Assembly: GCA_963792965.1 (NCBI GenBank)
Contig: CAWBYW010000007.1
Coordinates: 256,001-320,000 of the forward strand
Reading direction: 5' to 3'
DNA: 64,000 nucleotides
DNA from: an uncultured delta proteobacterium
GTDB lineage: Bacteria > Desulfobacterota > Zymogenia > Zymogenales > Zymogenaceae
Positions 1 through 9,653 of the stretch are shown piece by piece. The notes under the pieces are model-generated. The model was not told the DNA's origin and ran no database searches. It worked only from the letters and a program-made list of their open reading frames with translations. Made by a program: the position numbers and the translations under genes. The number at the start of each line of letters is the position of its first letter. The first letter of the stretch is position 1.

Positions 1-377
1 TTGGACGAGGAGATGCCGCCCGGGTCATCGGCGACGACCAACACCATCCCACCCGGCCCGACCCCGGTGAGCACCACGTTGCTGATGAAATCGGACGCCA
101 CGTTCAGCCCGTTCTGCTTCATGGCGCAGATGGAGCGGAGCCCGGCATACGACGCGCCGGCCGCGGCCTCTATGGCGACCTTCTCGTTTGTCGACCATTC
201 GACGTATATGCCGAGCTCTTCGGCATGACTTCCCAAAACGGTGATGATCTCAGACGAGGGGTTTCCCGGATACGCCGAGGCAAAAGCCACCCCGGCCTCA
301 ATCGCACCTCGCGCGATTGCTTCGTTGCCCATGAGGAGATTGGCCTCTCCCGGGCTGTCTTTCGAAAGATAGGACAT
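1..377 (-). CDS. iorA: Indolepyruvate:ferredoxin oxidoreductase alpha subunit, 5' part only (runs off window)
   Basis: Manual translation MSYLSKDSPGEANLLMGNEAIARGAIEAGVAFASAYPGNPSSEII...VEWSTNEKVAIEAA...KQNGLNVASD matches IorA motifs; SD-like AGAGGG upstream; absent from the ORF track. Confidence 0.9.
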   Translation of the reverse strand, partial: MSYLSKDSPGEANLLMGNEAIARGAIEAGVAFASAYPGNPSSEIITVLGSHAEELGIYVEWSTNEKVAIEAAAGASYAGLRSICAMKQNGLNVASDFISNVVLTGVGPGGMVLVVADDPGGISSS

Positions 378-386
378 ATGTTCCCT

Positions 387-1481
387 CTAACCCATGATTT
401 TTTCTAATCTATCGCCGGGACCGGTGATGTAGCCCCATTTCGCCTCGGGATCTTTTTCCTTGAGGTTTTTCAGGGCCCGCTTCTTCTTGGTGAGCGACGA
501 CTCTTTCAGATGGGTCAGCCGGTCGTCCGACAGCGGCTCTACCCTTATGGCGCCCTTATCACTGGCCTTTTTGACGACCTCTGCCCCCTTATTTGTCCGG
601 ACGATCAGGACGTTTTCGGCGGGGTTCTCTTCCAGCACGCCTACCGAGATATCGGCAAACTCGGAGGTCATATCGATGCAGTTTCGGCACGACTCCTTCA
701 CGAACGGCCGTATATCGGAGAGCGGGAAGGTAAGCTTCCCCTTCTTGGTCTCCACCACGAAGGTCTCCGCCGGCGGGGGTGGAATGTCGAAGCCGGTGAT
801 CTCGGCAATCGTTACGTGATCCTTGAGGTACCCGAAGAGTTTCCTATAATCCAGGGCCCAGGTGCAAAAGAGCCCGATGACGAGAGCGACGGCATCTCCC
901 GGATTGCGCTCGATTGCCTCCGTCGATCGCATCTTGGCCACCGCCGTTGCCTGGCACGGCGTCCCGACGACCGCCACCTTTGTGTACCCGTCTTTCGCCG
1001 CCCTGTTGAGGGCCGCGAGCGTCGGCGCCGCGCTGTATTTCGAGCCGGCGGTCTTCCTCACGTCCTCTCCTCTGGTCACGACCTCCGCCACGGGGAGAAC
1101 ACCCTCCGAGCCGGTGAGGACCGCGGCATCGATGGCCCCCTCGCTGAAGAGAAACTCGAGGAGCGACGTGACCGTCCCCCCTGCCTGGTAATGCCCGTCC
1201 TTCGCAGCTCTTGCGCGGTAGATTCCCCGTGAGCTGCCGATCGGGCCTGGGTCGTAGGCCGTCCCGATCACTTTTTGCGAGATTAGGTCGAGGTCAAGCT
1301 CGGTCTTCGGACAGAAGAGAAAGCACCTCCCCTCTTCTTTGTCGCACGGGTCAAGGCTGATGGTCTTTCCCAGAAAGGAGGTAAAATAGGGACAGAGCCC
1401 CACGCATGCCCCGCATCCGCTGCAAAGCTCGCCGGAAATTACCTCCGTCACGAGCCGTTGGGGTCCTCGGGAATTTGTCAT
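387..1481 (-). CDS. FrhB/FdhB-family (F420 hydrogenase/dehydrogenase beta-like) FAD/Fe-S protein
   Basis: N-terminal CxxCxxCxxxCP; GGTVT, AGSKY, VVGTPCQ, IGLFC, CxxCxD-ADISVG motifs. Confidence 0.85.
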   Translation of the reverse strand: MTNSRGPQRLVTEVISGELCSGCGACVGLCPYFTSFLGKTISLDPCDKEEGRCFLFCPKTELDLDLISQKVIGTAYDPGPIGSSRGIYRARAAKDGHYQAGGTVTSLLEFLFSEGAIDAAVLTGSEGVLPVAEVVTRGEDVRKTAGSKYSAAPTLAALNRAAKDGYTKVAVVGTPCQATAVAKMRSTEAIERNPGDAVALVIGLFCTWALDYRKLFGYLKDHVTIAEITGFDIPPPPAETFVVETKKGKLTFPLSDIRPFVKESCRNCIDMTSEFADISVGVLEENPAENVLIVRTNKGAEVVKKASDKGAIRVEPLSDDRLTHLKESSLTKKKRALKNLKEKDPEAKWGYITGPGDRLEKIMG

Positions 1482-1668
1482 ATAAACGCCTCCACTTCTT
1501 CCATGAGGTGAAATCCGAGAGAGATCGGCAATTCGCGGTTATCGTTGTTATCGTGTCGACGGGCGGGCATCGCCCGATAGTCACCGCGAATCGATGAATA
1601 AGTTACCGGCATCCAACATGCCGCATAAATTGAAAGCGTACCATAATACCCCAGTAACTTAATATTGA

Positions 1669-1697
1669 ATTATACCCTAAATCAGCTCCAAAGTCAA
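1669..1697 (-). promoter_or_regulatory. sigma70-type promoter for the frhB-like/iorA unit
   Basis: TTGACT-17 nt-TATAAT on the minus strand. Confidence 0.75.
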
Positions 1698-1742
1698 ACA
1701 TATGGTTCCGAGAAAACTCCTTCGATGGTACAGGTACCATTC

Positions 1743-2897
1743 TTAAAATGGCGGCGATACGGTGTTGATGGATAGCACGTCCTGCAGGTTGATCTCCGCC
1801 TTCGTCTGCTGCCCGTTGACAACGCGCGTGAAGAGCGTTATGAAGTCCTCCGTCGCTTCTTTCATCTCCGTCCCTTCCAGGAGCCTGCCGGCATTCACAT
1901 CCATGTCGTCGGCCATGTTGCGGAAGAGCTCGCTGTTTGAGGCAACTTTGATGAGCGGCATCACCGGAAACCCAACCGGCGTGCCGCGGCCCGTCGTGAA
2001 TATCATGACCTGGGCGCCGCCGGCGGCCATGCCCGTTATGGAGTAGACGTCAGACCCCGGGGTATCCATGATGACAAAGCCCTTCTTCGTCGGGGCAACG
2101 GCGTAATCGGATATCTCCCGCAGCGGCGTGGTGCCCGCCTTGATGATACATCCGAGAGATTTTTCCATGATGTTGGAGAGCCCCCCCTCGATATTTCCGG
2201 GAGAGATCACCATATGCGCCAGCGGCCCGAGGACATCCTCGGCCTGCTTTCGCTGTTTCTTGATGAGATCGACGATCTGCTTTCCGATCTCGGGACTTTG
2301 AGCCCTCCGCGAAAGGACCTCTTCTGTCCCGATCATCTCGGTGGTCTCCGCCAGCATCGTCGTCCCCCCCTGAGAAACCAGCCAGTCGGAGAGGCTTCCC
2401 ACAAGCGGATTTGCCGTGACACCCGAAAGCGCATCGGACCCCCCGCAATTCGTGGCCAATATAAGCTCTTCCCAGCCACACTCCTGACGCGTGAGGCCCT
2501 CGGTATCCTGAAGGAATTTTCGGGCGATCTCGATACCGGCCTCGGTCGTTTTGCGGGACCCTCCCTTCTGTTGTATCACCAGCGACTCGACCGGCTTTCC
2601 GCTCTGCGCAATGTCGGAGGCAAGCCCACCGGCCGGGAGGAACTCACACCCGAGCCCGACCACAAGGATTGCCGCCACGTTCGGGTTCTTCCCCAATCCC
2701 GTCAGCGTCCGGTAAGAGATGGCAATATCGGCCGGTCCCCTACCGCATCCCTCGGTATGCGTGATAATCTTTATCTCGGGCAGCGCGCGCCCTATGGCGT
2801 TGACGACCCCGTTGGCGCATGAGACGGAGCTCATCACGACGACATGGTTGCGTATTCCCACCTTACCGTCCGGCCTCCTATATCCCATGAAACCCAT
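1743..2897 (-). CDS. UxaA-family dehydratase/sulfo-lyase large subunit (UxaA/GarD/SuyB-like)
   Basis: GYRRPDGKVGIRN, HTEGC, VGLGCE, CGGSD, GNIEGGL..EKSLG, FTTGRG motifs. Confidence 0.9.
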   Translation of the reverse strand: MGFMGYRRPDGKVGIRNHVVVMSSVSCANGVVNAIGRALPEIKIITHTEGCGRGPADIAISYRTLTGLGKNPNVAAILVVGLGCEFLPAGGLASDIAQSGKPVESLVIQQKGGSRKTTEAGIEIARKFLQDTEGLTRQECGWEELILATNCGGSDALSGVTANPLVGSLSDWLVSQGGTTMLAETTEMIGTEEVLSRRAQSPEIGKQIVDLIKKQRKQAEDVLGPLAHMVISPGNIEGGLSNIMEKSLGCIIKAGTTPLREISDYAVAPTKKGFVIMDTPGSDVYSITGMAAGGAQVMIFTTGRGTPVGFPVMPLIKVASNSELFRNMADDMDVNAGRLLEGTEMKEATEDFITLFTRVVNGQQTKAEINLQDVLSINTVSPPF

Positions 2898-2898
2898 G

Positions 2899-3165
2899 TC
2901 ACTCCTCCTGGGCCTTCAGGTTATGTGTGTGCACCCACTGACCGACGTGAATGTCTTCCTTCGCGAACCCTATCTTCTCTCCGTACTTGACCACCGGGGA
3001 GCTCTTTGGTATCTCCACGAGGGCCACCTTATGGTTCTTGGGAATATCGTCCCGCGCCTCGATAACGATTTCCTTCCCACGAGGCACCTTTTCCCCTTTT
3101 TTGAGCTCTCTTATGGCCACCCCAACGTTGTCCTCGGGATGAATCACGACGATACTATCCTGCAT
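2899..3165 (-). CDS. UxaA-family small subunit (SAF domain, SuyA-like)
   Basis: HPEDNVGVA..IPKNHKVAL..VVKYGEKIG..GQWVHTHN; start moved to ATG 3165 after AAGGAG. Confidence 0.85.
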   Translation of the reverse strand: MQDSIVVIHPEDNVGVAIRELKKGEKVPRGKEIVIEARDDIPKNHKVALVEIPKSSPVVKYGEKIGFAKEDIHVGQWVHTHNLKAQEE

Positions 3166-3238
3166 GGTAGTCTCCTTTCTCAAGTGAGCGTAGTCTTGCG
3201 GATAAAGCGGGTCTTCTTTCGAGAGGCCTCTATGTTTC

Positions 3239-3267
3239 AGATTAAACAGAAAGCTCCTTCTCGTCAA
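3239..3267 (-). promoter_or_regulatory. sigma70-type promoter for the UxaA-like pair
   Basis: TTGACG-17 nt-TAATCT on the minus strand. Confidence 0.55.
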
Positions 3268-3415
3268 CAGATTTATCACGGTGGACTGCATTTTTGATGC
3301 TGTACCGTCTCAACGTTTCCGCCTGAAGGCGCGAGTCTCCGGCCCCCGTACGCCGGACCGAGGCGATATCCCACCCTCTGCTCGAACCCGGCTCCGGTCG
3401 TTGGCGGGACCGTCT

Positions 3416-3976
3416 TTATCGGGGAGCGCGGAGATGGCCCCGATCGCTCTTCTTTCGGGGCGGCAGGGGGATGAGCATCGATACCTCTTTCCTGTATTGG
3501 ATGAATTCATCTCGAAAGTCGCGGACGAGCCACTTCTCTTCCACATAGACGATATAGAGAAACGCTCCCGGCAGACATAACACGACGTAGAGAAAGAGCC
3601 CCGTCGGCGAGCCCTGAAAGATCGGTATCGCAAGATAGGCCGAGATCACGCCGAAGATCATGGGGTTCCTCGTATAGCGGTAGGGACCTGTGGTGACGAG
3701 CCGCTCCGTCTTTGGACTGATGGTGACAAACTCGCCGTAGTGAAGCGGGCCGCCCCTTCCCCTCAGGGCCAGGAAGATATTGGCCCAGGCGATAAAGAGA
3801 AGACCGATGGAAAGGAGGAAGACGCCGAGGGGAGTCCGAACCGCCGCGCCTCCGATTTCGGGGAGCCCGAGGTACCGGTCGATCGCCACGTTGACATGGA
3901 TGATAAGATAGGGGACGAACACGCCGTGGAAACCGACACCGACGACAAGCCCTAAGATGTGCCTGATAGTTTTCAC
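3416..3976 (-). CDS. ICMT/PEMT-family membrane methyltransferase
   Basis: Hydrophobic helices; LVTTGPYRYTRNPM and EEKWL..F...F..YRKEV motifs; GTG start at 3976 after GGGAG. Confidence 0.8.
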   Translation of the reverse strand: MKTIRHILGLVVGVGFHGVFVPYLIIHVNVAIDRYLGLPEIGGAAVRTPLGVFLLSIGLLFIAWANIFLALRGRGGPLHYGEFVTISPKTERLVTTGPYRYTRNPMIFGVISAYLAIPIFQGSPTGLFLYVVLCLPGAFLYIVYVEEKWLVRDFRDEFIQYRKEVSMLIPLPPRKKSDRGHLRAPR

Positions 3977-4097
3977 GCGTGCGGTCTCCCGACGGACTCG
4001 ACCAATCTGCAGCGCGAATCTCGCGAAGACGAAGAGGTTTCCGGAGGATCCAGGACAACAACTCCGGCGCCCACCGGCTTCATCGAGCCGGAGCCTC

Positions 4098-5528
4098 TTA
4101 ATCCTGTTTCTTCGCCGCCCCGAGCATCTCCCAGAGAGGTCCCCTGATTCCCTGCATCCTGAACGGCGCGCCGAGCCCGCGATCGTATCGGTCGGGCCGC
4201 ATCGTCCCTGTAAAATCCTGTCCTGCCATGACCATCTGGCCCGGAACAAGCCAGTAGGGGCGGCTCATGGCGCGCTCATGGACAAAAGAGACGACCTCGT
4301 CTGCCACCGACGGGGCGATGTAGAATATCGGGGAAAGGCCGATATTTCGCGCCTCGTCCATTCCCTCTTCCACCGCCAGCCTCTGGAGGCCCGTTCCCGG
4401 AAAGATCCTGATGCCCACCATGGCGTGGTGCGCCGTAGGGGAGAGTTCGTCGACCAGGTCGGCCGTCTCCCGCATTGTTTCGGGGGTCTCTCCCGGGGCG
4501 CCGAAGATGATATTGAGACAGGTCATGATCCCGACCGAGTGGGCGATCCTGACCGCGCTCACGACATCGTCCCGTGTGAAGTTCTTGCCGAGCCGCACAA
4601 GCACTGGGTCGGTCAGGCTGTCGGCACCGAGGTCGACACCGGCCAGCCCGGCCTCGGCGAGATCCTTCAAAAGTCTTTCGGTGATAAAGGCGGGCGAAAA
4701 ATAGGCCGAGAGACGCACTTTAAGGTGCCTCTTGATTATTTCTCGAGCGATCTGTTGCGCGTGCTCGGGCGGGTTGTTGAAGACGCTGTCGACGATAAAG
4801 AAGCTGTCCACTCCCCACTGCTTGAGCGAGAGCTCTATCTCGTCGACTACCGCCCTCGGCTCCCTTACCCTCACCAACCTCCCTTCGACCACGGGATAGG
4901 TGCAATAGATGCACCCGAAGGGACAGCCCCGTTTCGTCTGCACGCTCCCCATCCCGCCCCATTTCAGATATGCGGCGTTGTCGCAGAGGTCACGGGCGGG
5001 GAGCCCGATCGCGTCGATATCGGCGATCGCCTTAGGACGATTTCGAATCACCGTATTACCGTCCTTCATCGCGATCAGGCCCGGGACACCGCCGACGTCT
5101 CTCTTCTCAGAAAGCGCACTGATGAGCGCTACGATTGCCTCCTCACCGTCCCCGACGATGCCCATGGTCTCCGCGAGGGCCGAAAGCATCTGTTCCGGCA
5201 TCATGGTGAAGCCGGATCCGCCGAGCACCACGGGTCCGGTAAACGCCGCCCTGATGGCCCGCATCATATCGATAGTGTCGTCCATATAAGAAACGGAGAG
5301 CGGGTAGGCCACATTGTCGATATTGCGGATCGACACACCTACCACGTCGGGACGAAACGAGCCGATCTTCCGAGCTATTGCGTCGTGTACGCTGTCCGCA
5401 AAGCAGACATCCAGCATATCCACAACGTGCCCGGCTCCCCTCGCAGCCGCGGCCACGTAGGCCGCCCCGAGCGGATAGACCGGGTCCGGCGTCACCTCCC
5501 TGTTCGCAGAAACGATGAGTACCCTCAT
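4098..5528 (-). CDS. B12-binding radical SAM protein (lipid-biosynthesis-associated type)
   Basis: PVYPLGAAYVAA, SIRNIDN, LGGSGF B12 domain; TKRGCPFGCIYC; DSVFN; GIRIFPGT. Confidence 0.85.
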   Translation of the reverse strand: MRVLIVSANREVTPDPVYPLGAAYVAAAARGAGHVVDMLDVCFADSVHDAIARKIGSFRPDVVGVSIRNIDNVAYPLSVSYMDDTIDMMRAIRAAFTGPVVLGGSGFTMMPEQMLSALAETMGIVGDGEEAIVALISALSEKRDVGGVPGLIAMKDGNTVIRNRPKAIADIDAIGLPARDLCDNAAYLKWGGMGSVQTKRGCPFGCIYCTYPVVEGRLVRVREPRAVVDEIELSLKQWGVDSFFIVDSVFNNPPEHAQQIAREIIKRHLKVRLSAYFSPAFITERLLKDLAEAGLAGVDLGADSLTDPVLVRLGKNFTRDDVVSAVRIAHSVGIMTCLNIIFGAPGETPETMRETADLVDELSPTAHHAMVGIRIFPGTGLQRLAVEEGMDEARNIGLSPIFYIAPSVADEVVSFVHERAMSRPYWLVPGQMVMAGQDFTGTMRPDRYDRGLGAPFRMQGIRGPLWEMLGAAKKQD

Positions 5529-5570
5529 ATATCTCCCTTAATTTTCACTGCACGGAGCCGCACGATCCCG

Positions 5571-7115
5571 TCATCCGTCTTTTCCCACGACGAGACAGGT
5601 ACCTTTGTTCGTCTTCTCTATACGATACCCCTTCTTCCGCATGTAAACGTCAAACGTGACGTAGTTTGTCTGGTGCTTCAGTTGCGTGTCCGTCAGCGTC
5701 CGGTAAATGAGCTTCATGAGTGAGCGGTAGTTCCGTCTTATAAAGGGGTTCTTCGAAAAGAACATCTTATAGACAACCCTGGGCCTCAGGTGATATCTCC
5801 CCTGTATCTTTTCGGCCGTTTGCAACATCTTTTCGTGGGGTACCGCGTCCGTCTCGATGACGGGGGTGAACATGTCCCAGTGGTCCCAGTCATAATCTTT
5901 GATCAAACCGTTGTTCAGGTAGTATTCATAGTAGGGCGTCCCCGGGACCGGGGTGAACATCTGCAGGGCGAAGATGTCGGCGTAATCCTTCACGAGATAG
6001 TAGGTCTCGAGGAGGGTCTTTTCGGTGTCGTCCTTGTGACCCCACATGATATTGGTGAGAAGTACCAGCTCGTGCTCCTTTGCCGCCCTCATGGCTCGTT
6101 TGACCATCTCTACACTCTGGTTCTTGTCAAAATCATCCAGGACGTGCTGGTTGGCGGTTTCCACACCGAAGGAAATCTGGTAGAGGCCCAGTTTTTTGAG
6201 CTTCGGGATCAGTGCGACGTCGCGGATGAGCTGCTCGGCACGGGTCTGAAACCAGAAGGTGATCCCCGTAAGGTTTCGCGCGGACAGCTCGTCGATGAAT
6301 TCGAGGACCCGATCGCGGCTCCAGTTGAAGGAGTTGTCCACGAAGTAGAAATTGGTCCGATGGAACTCCTTGTTGAGAAGCTCCATCTCGTCCACCATAT
6401 TCTTTGCACCTCTCGCCCGCCAGACATGGTGCCAGAACGAAGTCTCGGAGCAGAATCGGCACTTCCCGAAGCACCCACGCGCGGTGGACAGAAAAACCGA
6501 CTCATAGGGAACCATCCCGAGCGTCGGGAAGTAATAGGGCATCACGTGGCTTTTATGGTCGGTCGACGCAAGGAGCGGCAAGAGGTGATAGGCGGGCATC
6601 GGCAGTGTATTGATGTCGGCGATGAGCCCGCGGTCCGGCGTCTGGATGAACTTTCCCTTATCGAGGTAGGCAAGGCCCTTGATCTTCGTGAAGTCCTTCT
6701 CTCCTTTTTCGAGGGCGCGCGCAAGCTCCGCAAACGGCAGCTCGCCCTCACCGCGCACGATGAAGTCGATGGCGCCGTTTGAGCGCAGGCTTTCCTCGGG
6801 CAGCGCCGTCATGTGCGCCCCTCCCCCCACGACGACGACTTTCGGATCGATTAGTTTTGCGAGAGAGGCTACGTGAAAGGCGTTATTGACGGTATTGGTG
6901 GAGTTGTTTGATATCCCCACGATATCGGGGCGACCGCGCGTCAGGATGTCCTCGAGGTCCTGCCAGCAGTTGTCGAATGTGGTCGCGTCGAGGATCTCTA
7001 CCCGGTGCCCTTCCTGTTCCATATAGGCCGCGAGCGCCACCACTCCGGGCGAAGGCACATGTCCCATGAAATATTTGAATACTTGCTGCGGTGGATCGAC
7101 TATAAAGATCTTCAT
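5571..7115 (-). CDS. B12-binding radical SAM protein (class B methyltransferase/BchE-like)
   Basis: GGAHMT, RGEGE, TARGCFGKCRFC, FGVET, FTPVPGT motifs. Confidence 0.85.
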   Translation of the reverse strand: MKIFIVDPPQQVFKYFMGHVPSPGVVALAAYMEQEGHRVEILDATTFDNCWQDLEDILTRGRPDIVGISNNSTNTVNNAFHVASLAKLIDPKVVVVGGGAHMTALPEESLRSNGAIDFIVRGEGELPFAELARALEKGEKDFTKIKGLAYLDKGKFIQTPDRGLIADINTLPMPAYHLLPLLASTDHKSHVMPYYFPTLGMVPYESVFLSTARGCFGKCRFCSETSFWHHVWRARGAKNMVDEMELLNKEFHRTNFYFVDNSFNWSRDRVLEFIDELSARNLTGITFWFQTRAEQLIRDVALIPKLKKLGLYQISFGVETANQHVLDDFDKNQSVEMVKRAMRAAKEHELVLLTNIMWGHKDDTEKTLLETYYLVKDYADIFALQMFTPVPGTPYYEYYLNNGLIKDYDWDHWDMFTPVIETDAVPHEKMLQTAEKIQGRYHLRPRVVYKMFFSKNPFIRRNYRSLMKLIYRTLTDTQLKHQTNYVTFDVYMRKKGYRIEKTNKGTCLVVGKDG

Positions 7116-7161
7116 GGACGCCTCACGGTCGGTCGGCCGCCTCTTCTGATTCGGCCGTCGT

Positions 7162-8277
7162 TCAAATGGATTTTTGATAGACCCTGAACTTCTTCACCAG
7201 TTTCAGTCTCAGGTTGACGATCGCCCGGTTCATCTTGTGATTATCCTCCCTGACCCAGCTCGCCTCAAGCCGTGCATTTTTGCCAGACAGGACGTGAAAG
7301 ATATGATAATAGAGCAGCGTGTCCAGCGCCTTGTTCTGGTACTCGGGGATAAGCCCCATCCCCAACAGGCGATACTGACGGAGTTTCTTGACGCCGTACT
7401 TGATCTTAAAGACGCCCAGCGGAAAGAGCGAGCCGTTGAGCTCCTTAATGATCACGTTAATGTCAGGAAGCGCTATCGCATACCCGATCGAGGTTGTCCC
7501 CTTTTCCATGATGAAGACACAGTCAGGGTCGATAATATCTTTGAAGTCATTCACGATGCCGTCCACCTCGGGGGCCTCGACGGGAATGTAGTTCCAGTCT
7601 CCCTCGTTGGCGTCGTTGGCCACCCCGAGGATCGCCGTCACGTCACGTCGGATATTTTTCAGGTCGATCCCCCTCACGCGCACGTTGTAGCGCCGCACAA
7701 GGCGATCGTAATGCCTTGTAAAGCGCTCCGGAAAGTTATATTTTTCCAGCACGTCGCCGTAGTAGCCGTTCATGTCCATGTTCTTGGAAAACTCCGCGTC
7801 TTTGGCCAGGTCGTCGTAGTAGGGGAAGTTATAGGGAGAAAGGACCGTATGGGGCTGATCGAAGCCCGCCACAAGAAAGCCGACGCTCTGGGAGGTGAAA
7901 TTGAGGGGGCCGCGCATCTTTTCCATACCGCGGGCTTTCAGCCACTCGGCCGCCTTCTCAAAGAGCGCCCGTGAGACTTCCTTGTCGTTTATCGAGTCAA
8001 ACGAGCCGAAAAAGCCGAGCGGCTCGTTCCAGTAGCTGATGTAGCCGTGGCTGACGAATGCGGCGATCCTCCCCTTGACCACATCGCCCCTTCTGGCCAC
8101 GAAAAGGGCCGCGTCGCACGTCTTGAAAAAGCCGTTCTTCTTGAAATTGAACTCTCTCTTCGTCACAAATCTGAGCGGCGGCACCCACACGGGGTGGTTC
8201 TTATAGAGGTCGTAGGGGACCTGGATGAAATCCTTGAGATCACGCCGGCCGGTGACTTCTCTGACGTCGACACCCAT
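7162..8277 (-). CDS. Double-GNAT N-acyltransferase, YghO/bacterial ceramide synthase-like
   Basis: WVPPL, GRIAAF, GFFGSF, WLKARG..MRGP, PYNFPYY, ALPDIN, SWVREDN motifs as recalled for this family. Confidence 0.65.
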   Translation of the reverse strand: MGVDVREVTGRRDLKDFIQVPYDLYKNHPVWVPPLRFVTKREFNFKKNGFFKTCDAALFVARRGDVVKGRIAAFVSHGYISYWNEPLGFFGSFDSINDKEVSRALFEKAAEWLKARGMEKMRGPLNFTSQSVGFLVAGFDQPHTVLSPYNFPYYDDLAKDAEFSKNMDMNGYYGDVLEKYNFPERFTRHYDRLVRRYNVRVRGIDLKNIRRDVTAILGVANDANEGDWNYIPVEAPEVDGIVNDFKDIIDPDCVFIMEKGTTSIGYAIALPDINVIIKELNGSLFPLGVFKIKYGVKKLRQYRLLGMGLIPEYQNKALDTLLYYHIFHVLSGKNARLEASWVREDNHKMNRAIVNLRLKLVKKFRVYQKSI

Positions 8278-8417
8278 CGGGACTATTTACCTTTCGATGA
8301 CTGATAGTATGAAGGGTATATATATCACCGAAAGGCGAGATAAATCAAGGAGTTTTCAAAGGATTTCTACGGGACGGCGATTGGAGCGACATGAGGGGTA
8401 ACTCGTACGTTGACCGG

Positions 8418-9230
8418 TTATATCTGACCAAAGAGCCGTCTTACTTTTCGGGTATCCATCTGGAACCGCACTTTCGGATTCTTCTCTCTGAGCATCTCGA
8501 GAAGCTTTCGCGAATCATCGCCGGACAGATCGTAAAAATTCGCAAAGTAGACTTTCTTACTCCCTTCTTTATTCGATAGCACAAGGCAGGCCCGTGCCCG
8601 TGCGTTCGCTCCAAAACCACCGGCTCGCCCTTCCGTCCGGAGGTATTTCGCGATATCAACCGATGTTATCAGATAAGCCGTAAATAGGTCCCCGGCACCC
8701 CCTGGATCCCCTTGAGACAAGACCCGTCCGTTCCCTGAGACGGCACCCTGCGCTGTGAGAAAGGCGTCCAGGGACTCCTCGCGAGATATGCCATACTTTT
8801 TCGTCAGGTTATGTTCAGTAAGGTCGTGTTCGCTTCTTGGAATTTTAAACGGCTGGAGGTGTCTCAGAAATTTTATAATGAAGTCGATTTCTCTCTCCAG
8901 GTAGTAAACAAAGGCAATCTCACCAAAGAAGATCTCCTGATGTGTCCCTGCCCTGATTACGTTATCGCCCGCGTATGAGGTGATGAGGAGACGATCGTTA
9001 AATATCCGGACTTCTACGGAAAAATGAAACACCGTGTGAAAAAAAATAGGCATACCCGGAAGCACGCCCATGACGACGATCGCAAGAAAAGAGACCACCT
9101 GGTTTCTCATGATAATGCCCACGAGAAGAGCGGCGATTTCAAGGACGAAAATAACGTAAAAGAGGGATCTGTCATCCAGCAGGATTGCAGGTCTCAGTAT
9201 CACCGCAGTATTCTCGGAACAATCACGCAT
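8418..9230 (-). CDS. Hypothetical membrane protein (2 N-terminal TM helices)
   Basis: 270-aa ORF with two hydrophobic segments; no family recognised. Confidence 0.55.
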   Translation of the reverse strand: MRDCSENTAVILRPAILLDDRSLFYVIFVLEIAALLVGIIMRNQVVSFLAIVVMGVLPGMPIFFHTVFHFSVEVRIFNDRLLITSYAGDNVIRAGTHQEIFFGEIAFVYYLEREIDFIIKFLRHLQPFKIPRSEHDLTEHNLTKKYGISREESLDAFLTAQGAVSGNGRVLSQGDPGGAGDLFTAYLITSVDIAKYLRTEGRAGGFGANARARACLVLSNKEGSKKVYFANFYDLSGDDSRKLLEMLREKNPKVRFQMDTRKVRRLFGQI

Positions 9231-9403
9231 GGCTACGTTAGTCGAAGAGGGAGACGCATCCCTTCAGGAAGCGGTTTGGGATTGAATACCTCGGAAAGAT
9301 TACCATAAAGACGGGTCTCGTGCAAGACATGACGCGCTCCAAAAGAGCAAGGAAGATCCAGTCTCTCCCGCTCCAACGGCAATCAAGGCAGTACAGTATT
9401 CCC

Positions 9404-9432
9404 TTGACTTCCTTTTTTGTCTCGAATATTGT
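9404..9432 (+). promoter_or_regulatory. sigma70-type promoter for the porin gene
   Basis: TTGACT-17 nt-TATTGT. Confidence 0.6.
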
Positions 9433-9653
9433 TAACACCTTCTAATAATTAGTGTCTCTTTTTCCGGAGGGTGCAAACGTCCAGGCGATTGATCGGACAA
9501 CCATAACAGCCGTCCGAACCATTTGCACGTCTATACGGAGGCAAAATGAAGACCGACGATCATGTGCGGCGCGATGGTATATATTTTCCCCCGGGTAGGA
9601 GACATAGATCTACCGCCCGAGGTAACCTTAATTTTAAATACCAGGAGGCAATT

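Noticed and set aside
3957-5723. Long antisense ORFs (also 5790..6782, 12868..14085, 57284..58144, 62708..63757)
   Set aside because: These are shadows of well-supported opposite-strand genes in GC-rich DNA and show no protein motifs
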